Shown here piece by piece: positions 18,054 to 26,043 of a stretch of 64,000 nt of DNA (within the stretch, counting starts at the first letter, position 1; each line of letters starts with the position of its first letter). The notes under the pieces were generated by a model. That model ran no database searches. It was not told the DNA's origin and saw only the letters and a program-made list of their open reading frames with translations. The stretch is from Acidimicrobiales bacterium (GTDB lineage: Bacteria; Actinomycetota; Acidimicrobiia; Acidimicrobiales; DASWIA01), in contig DASWIA010000047.1 in the NCBI GenBank assembly GCA_036397895.1, forward strand, positions 20,237-84,236, read 5' to 3'. A program made the translations under genes and the position numbers.

Positions 18054-19306
18054 CAGTTGGTCACCACCAAGGAGATCACGGTGACGACGTCGCCGGTGGA
18101 GACCTGCTTCACGGTGATCGACTTGTTGCCGGTCGACCAGGTGGACCACTGGTTCTTCCAGATGGTGTAGCGGTACACGCCGCCGTTGCCGAAGCTGTTG
18201 TCCATCGCCTCGGTGTAGGTGGTTCCCGGCGACGTGGTGATGAGCGCCTGGAAGTCGCCGCAGTCGCCGGTGATCGACACCTCGAGGACCACGTTTCTCA
18301 AGAGTGTGTTGGGGTTGTTCTTCTTCTTGACCGATCCGGGGTCAGCGGTGGCCGCCTGCGTCTGGCACTCGGGCGCGTCCCAATCGGTCACGGCCGTGGC
18401 GATGTTGGACCAGGCGCCGACCACGCCGCTGGTGACGCCCCGGACCCGGAACGCGAACTCCGTTCCGTCCGCCAGGCCCGTTGCGCTGTAGGTCGTGTCG
18501 TCACCGGGGTGGGAATCGGTGATCGCGACCCACGTGAGCTGGCCGTCAGAGCTGAACTGGACTTCCCAGCTGCCGGGGATGGGGCTTCCCGTGACCCAGG
18601 TCAGATCCACCTGGGTAGTCGGGTTCGACACGCTCTTGGTGGCGGTGAGCCCGGTCGGGGTGCCCGGCGTGGGAGCCAGGGTGGTGGTGGTCGAGGGGGA
18701 GGGAGCACCGGCGTTGCCTAACGCGTAGACACCGCCGTGGGCCACGACCTCATGGCTCCCCGAACCGTCGGTCCACGAGATGGTGGCGATCAACCGCTTG
18801 AAGGCGTCGACGTCGCCAGCCGACGTGTCGTGCCACACGATGTCGCGCACGATGGTGTAGTCGAGGCCGTCGACAGCCTCCGTTCCCCCGAGGGGAGTGC
18901 TCTGAGGGCTGGCCACCACGACGGTGTCCCCGCCGTCGTAGGTGGACCGGAACCCGGGCTGGCCGGTGCTGAAGCCGAGCTGGTCCCAGGGGATGGCCTC
19001 GAGCTTCTCGACCTCGCGGCTGGCCAGCGCGGTGGCGTGGGAGCGGGCGTCGGCCACGGCAGTGGCATCCATGGTGGCCAGGAAGACGCTCAGGGTTCCC
19101 ACCACTCCGGTGGCGATGACGGCGAGCGTCACCAGCAGCTCGACGAGGGTGAACCCTTCCTCCCCGGCGGCGCGGGGCGTGCCGCCGCCCGAGCTGGTCG
19201 GGCGCGCGTCGAATCGGCGAGAGGCGGACCCGCCGAGAGCGGCATGGGGACATGGGTCCACTCCTAGGGGATCGGCATGTCGCTGAGCGCGCTTGAGCCC
19301 CGGCAC
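18053..19306 (-). CDS. Modular prepilin-type protein (PilV-like N-domain + FN3-like domain + unknown C-terminal domain)
   Basis: The class III signal is AGEEG-FTLVELLVTLAVIATGVV. An S/T/P linker (APSPSTTTTLAPTPGTP) follows, then an FN3-like segment (LTATKSVSNPTTQVDLTW...YSATGLADGTEFAFRVRGV). The roughly 110-aa tail has two Cys. The GTG start at 19306 gives an unusually long leader and is uncertain. Confidence 0.7.
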   Translation of the reverse strand: MPGLKRAQRHADPLGVDPCPHAALGGSASRRFDARPTSSGGGTPRAAGEEGFTLVELLVTLAVIATGVVGTLSVFLATMDATAVADARSHATALASREVEKLEAIPWDQLGFSTGQPGFRSTYDGGDTVVVASPQSTPLGGTEAVDGLDYTIVRDIVWHDTSAGDVDAFKRLIATISWTDGSGSHEVVAHGGVYALGNAGAPSPSTTTTLAPTPGTPTGLTATKSVSNPTTQVDLTWVTGSPIPGSWEVQFSSDGQLTWVAITDSHPGDDTTYSATGLADGTEFAFRVRGVTSGVVGAWSNIATAVTDWDAPECQTQAATADPGSVKKKNNPNTLLRNVVLEVSITGDCGDFQALITTSPGTTYTEAMDNSFGNGGVYRYTIWKNQWSTWSTGNKSITVKQVSTGDVVTVISLVVTN

Positions 19307-19326
19307 CGGCGGGGGCGGGGCTCAAG
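19292..19326 (-). terminator. 11-bp-stem hairpin between the vWA gene stop and the pilin-like operon
   Basis: CTTGAGCCCCG (19292-19302) pairs with CGGGGCTCAAG (19316-19326) around a 13-nt loop. There is no U-tract. The hairpin overlaps the nominal GTG start of CDS 18053..19306. Confidence 0.35.
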
Positions 19327-19343
19327 GGCTAGCTGCAGGCCGA

Positions 19344-21386
19344 TCAGAGCCGGGTGGCGGAACGTCCCCTTCCGCCCCGGTGCAGCTTGCGCTTGTGCTC
19401 GAGGAAGTCGACCATCACGTAGTCGCCGAGGCGCTCGGGTGAGCAGAAGAAGGCGCGACCCTTGTTCACCTCGGCCATCTGCTCGACGAAGGGCTGGAAC
19501 CACATGCCGCCTCCCTCGCCCATGAGGGCGAAGGTGTTGATGGTGATGCCGGCCCGAGTGGTGCGGATGACCTCCCGCATCGTCTCGTCGAGCGTCTCCG
19601 GAAGCGGCGGGTAGTGGAATATCGGCTCGACCCCACCGCTGGGGGTGTGGGCGGTGGGCTCGCCGTCGGTGACGAGGAGGATCTGCTTGTGACCGTGCTC
19701 GTGGTCGAGCTGGCGGCGGGCGAGCTGGAGGGCGTGCTGGATGTTGGTCCCGTAGGCGAAGTCCCAGCTCACCTCGGGCAGCGTCTCGTAGGCGAGCGGG
19801 CGGGCGACGAAGCCGAACCCCACCATCCCGAAGAAATCCCGCGGGTACTGCATCTTCACCAGCGTGGACAGGGCCATGGCCAGCTTCTTGGCCGGGAGCC
19901 AGTTGCCCTGCATCGGCATCGACAACGACAGGTCGAGGCACAAGACGGTGGCCGAGCGGGTCAGCACCTCGGTGCGCTCGATCTCGAAGTCGTCAGGGGT
20001 GATGCGCACCGGCGTGCCGCTGCCGGTGCGGCGCACGGCATTTCGCAGGGTGCGCTCGATGTGGAGGTTGAACGGATCGCCCCACTCGTAGGGCTTGGTG
20101 CTGTACTCCCGCTCGTGGCCGGCGCCCGCGAACGCCGCTTCGTGGCGGCCCGCCCGGCCGGCCGTCAGGTGCTGGAAGAGATCCTTCAGCGCGTGCTGGC
20201 CGAGCCGGCGTAGACCGCGAGGTGTGAGCTCCACCCGCCCCTCGTGCTCATCGATGTAGCCCGCTTCCCGCAATGCCTCGGCCAACCGGCTGAGCTGATC
20301 GAGCTGATGGGCGGCGTCGCCACCCAACAGGTCCCGCACCCGGTCGAGGTCCACCTCGTCGAGCAGGCGCGGATCGCCCGCCGCGCTCTCGAGCAGCTGT
20401 TCGAGCGCGTCGAGATCACCGAGCTCCTCCATGAGGTCCATGGCCTGGGCGAACCCGAGGGGGTCGCGGCCGTGCCCCTGGTAAGACCGGTCCCACCCGG
20501 CCTCGGGGAACATCTGGCGCAGGTTCGATCCGAGCTGGTCCATCTGCCAGCGCAGATCCATGTCGGCGTCGAGGAACTGCTGGCTGAGCTGGTGGAGCTG
20601 GGCCCGCTGCTCGGCCGACATCGAGTTGAGCATGGCCTGAGCCGCGGCCATGCGCCGGGCCAGCGCCTCCAGCAGCTCGTCGAGGGTCTGGGGGTTCTCG
20701 GGGAAGAGCTGGCCGTGGCGGGCCATGAAGCCCTCGAAGTCGGGTTCACGGCCGTTGGCTCGGTCGTCGAGCATCTGGTTGAGGTCGGCCAGCATGTCCT
20801 TCATCGCCGCCATCTGCTCGGGGTCGGGGTTGCTCATGGCCCCGGTGACCTGGCGGAAGAACTGGTCGGCCATCTCCTGGCGCAGTTGCTCGCTGAGCTC
20901 GCGGTAGCGCTGCTCGGCCTCGGGCGAGACGAAGTCGTAGCTGTCCAGCGTGCGCATCTGCCCGGCCAGGTCGGGCGGCAGCATGTCGAGGTCGAGGTGA
21001 TGCTCGGTGGCCGTGCTGTCTGCGTTGTCGAGCCGGCGTTGGTCTCCCGACTGGCGCGCCCGCTCGACCATGTCGTCGAGCGCCCGACGCTCCTGATCGA
21101 CGATCTCGCGCAGCTCTTTGGCCATCTCGGCGAACGGCCCGCCGAGATCGGCGTCCTCCAGGCGCTGCCGCTTCGCCGAGCGCAGCCGCTGCATCATCTC
21201 CCTCAGGCCGGCCATCCGCTCGCCGTCGGGGGTGCGCAGGCCGGACTGCATGAGCCGGCGCAGGGCGGCGTTGAGGTCGCCGTGGTAGAGCAGGTCGTCG
21301 GCGAGGTCACCCAGCAGCGCGTCGGCATCGAGAGCAGCCACCTTCTGGCTCCCGTCCCACCGCGAGTAGCGCCACGCCCGGGTCAC
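19344..21386 (-). CDS. vWA domain-containing protein (BchD-like partner of the adjacent AAA+ ATPase)
   Basis: 680 aa with a GTG start. The long helical acidic N-terminal and central region precedes a C-terminal vWA domain with a MIDAS-type DLSLS motif and a later LLVTDGEPT. No signal peptide is visible. Confidence 0.8.
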   Translation of the reverse strand: MTRAWRYSRWDGSQKVAALDADALLGDLADDLLYHGDLNAALRRLMQSGLRTPDGERMAGLREMMQRLRSAKRQRLEDADLGGPFAEMAKELREIVDQERRALDDMVERARQSGDQRRLDNADSTATEHHLDLDMLPPDLAGQMRTLDSYDFVSPEAEQRYRELSEQLRQEMADQFFRQVTGAMSNPDPEQMAAMKDMLADLNQMLDDRANGREPDFEGFMARHGQLFPENPQTLDELLEALARRMAAAQAMLNSMSAEQRAQLHQLSQQFLDADMDLRWQMDQLGSNLRQMFPEAGWDRSYQGHGRDPLGFAQAMDLMEELGDLDALEQLLESAAGDPRLLDEVDLDRVRDLLGGDAAHQLDQLSRLAEALREAGYIDEHEGRVELTPRGLRRLGQHALKDLFQHLTAGRAGRHEAAFAGAGHEREYSTKPYEWGDPFNLHIERTLRNAVRRTGSGTPVRITPDDFEIERTEVLTRSATVLCLDLSLSMPMQGNWLPAKKLAMALSTLVKMQYPRDFFGMVGFGFVARPLAYETLPEVSWDFAYGTNIQHALQLARRQLDHEHGHKQILLVTDGEPTAHTPSGGVEPIFHYPPLPETLDETMREVIRTTRAGITINTFALMGEGGGMWFQPFVEQMAEVNKGRAFFCSPERLGDYVMVDFLEHKRKLHRGGRGRSATRL

Positions 21387-21459
21387 GGCAACCCCACCCA
21401 GTCTCGACGGATGCGCGCACCTTCTGCGGAACTCGATGGTCGGCGGTGCAACACGGTGC

Positions 21460-22854
21460 TCAACGACCCCGGTAGGTGGCCCGGCGACCGCGACTGTCCT
21501 TGTTGAGCCGCTTGGTCAGGTGGAGCCCCTCCAGCACGAACTCGATCGCGGCCGCGGTCTCCGCCGGGGACTCCCCGGCTCCGAGCTCGGCGGCGAGGCT
21601 ACCCAGCGACTCGATCTCAGCGGCGAGGTGGGCGAGCTCGTCGTTGGCGACGTCGTCGCCGGTGTGCACCACGCGCTCCTCGTCGAAGGCGGTGACGACG
21701 GGGCCGAGCTGTTGGGGATCGCACCGCCGGGTGAAGACGTCGCGCACGGCCGTGGCCATGATCGCCGCCACGACGTGCTCCTCGCGTCCCTCCTCCATGA
21801 CCTCGAGCTCGAGCTTGCCGGCGGTGGAGGCCACCAAGGCGTCCAGGTCGGTGATGCGGGGCACGGCCACGTCTTCGCCTCGCTGGAGAGCGCGTCGGAC
21901 CGCCGACGCCACCATCGACTCATGGTTGGTGATCGACAGCCGCACCGACACACCGCTGTGCTGGTTCACGTGCGGCGACTCGCGCGCGAGCTGGCTCAGC
22001 TCGGAGACGATCTCCGACATGAACGGCGGGACGCGCACAGCGACGGGTTCATCGTAGGTGACCGCCTCCTGGTCGACGACGTCCATCTCCAGCTCGGTCT
22101 CGAGGGGGTAGTGGGTGCGGATCTGGGCGCCGAAGCGGTCCTTGAGTGGAGTGATGATGCGACCCCGATTGGTGTAGTCCTCGGGATTGGCGGTGGCCAC
22201 CAGAACCAGATCGAGCGGGAGCCGGATCTTGTGACCGCGGATCTGGATGTCGCGCTCCTCCAGCACGTTGAGCAGGCCCACCTGGATGCGCTCAGCCAGG
22301 TCTGGCAGCTCGTTGATGGCGAAGATGCCGCGGTTGGTGCGGGGCACCAGGCCGTAGTGGAGCGTGAGCTCGTCGGAGAGGTAGCGGCCCTCGGCCACCT
22401 TGATGGGATCGACCTCACCGATGAGGTCGGCGATCGACGTGTCGGGGGTTGCGAGCTTCTCACCGAAGCGGTGGTCGCGGTGCACCCAGTCGATCGGCGT
22501 GTCATCACCCTTGTTCTGCACCAGCTCGCGGGCGTACCGGCTGACCGGAGCGTAGGGGTCGTCGTTGATCTCCGAACCCTCGACGATCGGCATCCACTCG
22601 TCGAGCAGGTGCACGAGGGAGCGGATCATCCGGGTCTTGGCCTGGCCGCGCTCGCCCAGCATCACGATGTCGTGGCCGGCGAGCAGCGCGTGCTCGAGCT
22701 GCGGGAGGACGGTGTCGTCGAACCCCATCACCCCCTCGACGAGCGGCTCGCCGGCGGCGATGCGGTTGGCTGCGTTGAGCCGCAGCTCTTCTTTGACCGG
22801 GACCGACTGCCAGCCGGACGCCCGGAGCTCTGCGAGGGTGGTTGGTTGCGACAT
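21460..22854 (-). CDS. AAA+ ATPase, Mg-chelatase ChlI/BchI-like (MoxR-related)
   Basis: ATG at 22854 (MSQPTTLAELRASGW). The Walker A variant is LGERGQAKT and the Walker B-like motif GIFAINELPDL. VATANPEDYTNRGRIITPLKDRF is typical of this family. Confidence 0.8.
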   Translation of the reverse strand: MSQPTTLAELRASGWQSVPVKEELRLNAANRIAAGEPLVEGVMGFDDTVLPQLEHALLAGHDIVMLGERGQAKTRMIRSLVHLLDEWMPIVEGSEINDDPYAPVSRYARELVQNKGDDTPIDWVHRDHRFGEKLATPDTSIADLIGEVDPIKVAEGRYLSDELTLHYGLVPRTNRGIFAINELPDLAERIQVGLLNVLEERDIQIRGHKIRLPLDLVLVATANPEDYTNRGRIITPLKDRFGAQIRTHYPLETELEMDVVDQEAVTYDEPVAVRVPPFMSEIVSELSQLARESPHVNQHSGVSVRLSITNHESMVASAVRRALQRGEDVAVPRITDLDALVASTAGKLELEVMEEGREEHVVAAIMATAVRDVFTRRCDPQQLGPVVTAFDEERVVHTGDDVANDELAHLAAEIESLGSLAAELGAGESPAETAAAIEFVLEGLHLTKRLNKDSRGRRATYRGR

Positions 22855-23018
22855 CGCCCCAACGCTAACCCTCCCCGCGGCTCCCACCCTGTCGGCGCGT
22901 CGACCCACCCCCGTTGCCCGGCCGTCCACTACACCTCGTCTACACCTCGTCCGGCAGGTTGGCGCGCTCTGACCTCGCTCCGAGGTCGGCGCGGATCGAC
23001 CACTACCCTTCCTCGCCC

Positions 23019-25151
23019 ATGGACCTCGGGGGAAAGTGGCGGGCCACACGAGGTGATGACGCGCTGCGCCGTGAGTTCGCTGACCCCGACTTCGACGACC
23101 GCTCGTGGCATGAGCTTCCCGTCCCCGGGCACTGGCGCAACGATCCGGCGTTTGCCAACTGCGACGGCCCCGTCCTCTACCGCCGAACCTTCACCGCCCC
23201 TGCCCCCGCCAGCGACCGGCGTTGGTGGCTGACCCTCGAGGGGTGCTTCTACCAGGGCGATGTGTGGTTGGACGGCGCCTACCTCGGTGACACCGAGGGC
23301 TACTTCTTCCCCCACCACTTCGAGGTCACCGATCTGCTACGCGAGCGAGACCATCACGTGCTGGCGGTCGAGCTCACCTGCGCGCCCCAGAACGACCGGG
23401 CAGCCAAACGGAACATCACCGGGGTGTTCCAGCACTGGGACTGCATCGACCCCGACTGGAACCCCGGTGGCATCTGGCGACCGGTCATGCTGAACGAGAC
23501 TGGACCGGTGCGCATCGCCCGGCTCCGGGCCTCCTGCACCGAGGCAAGCACGGAGCGGGCGATCGTGTCGCTGCAGGCCGAGCTCGACACCGAGGTGGGG
23601 CGCGGCGCCCACATCCTCACCACCGTCGGCGACGTCGATCACACCCAGGACGTGACCCTGGCGGCGGGAACCAACCGAGTCGAGTGGACGGTGGCGGTCG
23701 CTGATCCTGACCTGTGGTGGCCGCGCTCGCTCGGTGGTCAGCCGCTCTACGACGTCGAGGTCAGCGTGACCGCGGCTGACGCTGACGCCGACGCCAGTGA
23801 CCACCGCTCGCTTCGGATGGGTTTGCGCAGCGTCGAGATGCGCAACTGGGTGTTCCGGGTCAACGGCGAGCGCATGTTCCTCAAGGGCTCCAATGCGGCG
23901 CCGGTGCGCCAAGACCTGGGCGATGCCTCGGTCGAGGACATGCGTCGCGACGTGGGTCTGGCCGTCGACGCCGGGCTCGACCTGTTGCGGGTCCACGCCC
24001 ACATCTCACGCCCCGAGCTGTACGACGCGGCCGACGAGGCCGGCTTGGTGATCTGGCAGGACTTCCCGCTCCAGTGGGGATACGCACGGGGGCTGCGGCC
24101 CCAGGCCGTCCGACAGGTGGACGCGGCGATCGACCTGCTGGCCCAACATCCCTCCATCGCCATGTGGTGCGGTCACAACGAGCCGATGGCGATCAGCGAG
24201 ACCGAGATCCCCGAGCGCACGATCGACATGGCCAAGCTGGCGGTGAAGGTGGCCCGCCACCAGCTGTTCCCCACCTGGAACAAGAGCGTGCTCGACCGAT
24301 CGATCAAACGGGCGTTCGAGAAGGGCGACGGCACCCGGCCCGTCATCGCCCACTCGGGCGTGTGGCCTCACGCCCCCCAGTTCGACGGCACCGACACCCA
24401 CGTTTACTTCGGCTGGTATCACGGCCACGAGCGGGAGTTCCCCGCCTTCCTCCGTGCCGCGCCACGGATGGCGCGCTTCGTCACCGAGTTCGGGGCGCAG
24501 GCCATCCCACCCAACGACGACTTCATCGATGTGGCGTCGTGGCCCGAGCTCGACTGGGACCAGCTGCGACACAAGCGGAACCTCCAGAAGAACGTGTTCG
24601 AACGCGTGGTGCCGCCCGGAGACTTCGCCACCTACGCCGAGTGGAAGGCCGCCACTGGCGAGTACCAGGCCACGGTGATCCGCCATCACATCGAGGCGCT
24701 GCGCAAGCTGAAGTACCGCCCCACCGGCGGGTTCTGCCAGTTCTCCTTCAACGACGCCTACCCGTCGGTGACGTGGTCGGTCCTTGATCACCTGCGGGCA
24801 CCGAAGCCGGGCTACGAGGCGCTGATCGAAGCGTGCCGCCCGGTGATCGTGGTGTGTGACCGCCTACCCGAGCTGGTGCGGCCCGGCGACACACTGGTGG
24901 CCGATGTCCATGTGGTGTCGGATCTACGGACCCCGCTGAGCGGTGGGCGCTGCACGGCGCGCCTGTCATGGGACGGGGGCGAGCACACGTGGGGCTGGGA
25001 AGGCGACGTCGACATTGACTCGGTGTGCCACGTCGGGCGAGTCGAGGCGGTGGTACCCGACGTATCGGGCACCCTGCAGCTCGATCTCACGTTCGACGCC
25101 GGCGAGATCACCGCCTCCAACCGCGACACCACCCGCATCGTCGCCGGCTGA
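23019..25151 (+). CDS. Glycoside hydrolase family 2 protein (beta-mannosidase/beta-galactosidase-like)
   Basis: ATG at 23019. The N-terminal sugar-binding region contains DDRSWHELPVPGHW. The TIM-barrel shows WQDFPLQW and an acid/base-type MWCGHNEP. Confidence 0.75.
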   Translation: MDLGGKWRATRGDDALRREFADPDFDDRSWHELPVPGHWRNDPAFANCDGPVLYRRTFTAPAPASDRRWWLTLEGCFYQGDVWLDGAYLGDTEGYFFPHHFEVTDLLRERDHHVLAVELTCAPQNDRAAKRNITGVFQHWDCIDPDWNPGGIWRPVMLNETGPVRIARLRASCTEASTERAIVSLQAELDTEVGRGAHILTTVGDVDHTQDVTLAAGTNRVEWTVAVADPDLWWPRSLGGQPLYDVEVSVTAADADADASDHRSLRMGLRSVEMRNWVFRVNGERMFLKGSNAAPVRQDLGDASVEDMRRDVGLAVDAGLDLLRVHAHISRPELYDAADEAGLVIWQDFPLQWGYARGLRPQAVRQVDAAIDLLAQHPSIAMWCGHNEPMAISETEIPERTIDMAKLAVKVARHQLFPTWNKSVLDRSIKRAFEKGDGTRPVIAHSGVWPHAPQFDGTDTHVYFGWYHGHEREFPAFLRAAPRMARFVTEFGAQAIPPNDDFIDVASWPELDWDQLRHKRNLQKNVFERVVPPGDFATYAEWKAATGEYQATVIRHHIEALRKLKYRPTGGFCQFSFNDAYPSVTWSVLDHLRAPKPGYEALIEACRPVIVVCDRLPELVRPGDTLVADVHVVSDLRTPLSGGRCTARLSWDGGEHTWGWEGDVDIDSVCHVGRVEAVVPDVSGTLQLDLTFDAGEITASNRDTTRIVAG

Positions 25152-25203
25152 GCGGCTGCGACGAGGTGGGTTCTGGTCGCCTACGCCTGTCGGCTGGGAT
25201 CCT

Positions 25204-25219
25204 CGGAGCGATCGCTCCG
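25204..25219. terminator. 16-nt perfect palindrome between convergent GH2 and vapC
   Basis: CGGAGCGATCGCTCCG at 25204-25219 lies between the stops at 25151 and 25233. Confidence 0.3.
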
Positions 25220-25232
25220 GTCCTCGACCAGA

Positions 25233-25640
25233 TCACTCGTCGACCACGATCAGCTCGACGTCGAGGGCCCGGTCGGTGTCGAGGGCCCGGCGGTCCCGGG
25301 TGAGAAGCGGGCGACCGTGTACGGCGGCGGCGTAGCCGACGAGCGCGTCGTAGACCGATCCACCCGCGATGCCAAGGTGGGGCAGGAGATCGGCCAGCCG
25401 GCGCGCTTCACGCGCGCCGAGGAACTCGGTCTCGGGAAAGTCATGCTCCAGCAACCGATGGACCTCGGTGACCGGACGACGGGCGGCACCGGGCAGGCGG
25501 GTCAGAACTGACATGGTCTCGAACCAGGCGTGACCGGCCAGACCGAGGCGCCGCCGCCCAACCCGCCGCGACACCGCGTCGTGGCCGGAGTGGTCGGCAA
25601 CTACGAGGGCCACAGCCGCACTGGTGTCGAGCAAGATCAT
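25233..25640 (-). CDS. vapC: Type II toxin, PIN-domain ribonuclease VapC
   Basis: The N-terminus MILLDTSAAVAL carries the conserved Asp. The size is PIN-typical (135 aa), and the ATG overlaps the antitoxin stop (ATGA at 25637-25640). Confidence 0.85.
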   Translation of the reverse strand: MILLDTSAAVALVVADHSGHDAVSRRVGRRRLGLAGHAWFETMSVLTRLPGAARRPVTEVHRLLEHDFPETEFLGAREARRLADLLPHLGIAGGSVYDALVGYAAAVHGRPLLTRDRRALDTDRALDVELIVVDE

Positions 25641-25870
25641 CGCCGGTCGGCGTCCCGCAACGATCGCACCAGGTCGTCGTCGATCGGTTCGCCGCTGCTC
25701 GGGATCACGAGCCGGCCGCCTCGATCGGCGAGTCCGTGTCCGGCGATGGGCTCGATGCGCACACCACTGCCGTCGAGCGTCACCTCGACGAGGCCCTCCT
25801 CGAGCCCGATGGCATCTCGTAACGCCTTGGGGATCACCAACCGGCCCGCCTTGTCGATCCCCGTCTTCAT
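25637..25870 (-). CDS. vapB: Type II antitoxin, AbrB/SpoVT-type VapB
   Basis: 77 aa, containing MKTGIDKAGRLVIPKALRDAIGL (swapped-hairpin AbrB-type DNA-binding motif). It is translationally coupled to vapC. Confidence 0.85.
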   Translation of the reverse strand: MKTGIDKAGRLVIPKALRDAIGLEEGLVEVTLDGSGVRIEPIAGHGLADRGGRLVIPSSGEPIDDDLVRSLRDADRR

Positions 25871-25952
25871 GCCATCACACTACCATTCAGATCCCATTCT
25901 CGATCCATCATCCATCCATCTCACATCTATCTAACTTCCATCTCACGACTCG
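25871..25952 (-). promoter_or_regulatory. G-depleted, AT-richer tract with seven CCAT[CT] repeats abutting the vapB start
   Basis: The plus strand has only two G residues between 25872 and 25946. CCATC occurs at 25872, 25905, 25912, 25916 and 25938, and CCATT at 25883 and 25894. On the vapB strand these read as GATGG/AATGG. It is a candidate VapBC operator/promoter. Confidence 0.4.
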
Positions 25953-26043
25953 TTGTCCACGGCCGCCTTCTTCGCACCTCGGCGACTAGATGCTCCGGGC
26001 TTGGTCGCACCGTGTTCGCCCCTGCTGGTGGCTGAATGTCAGG

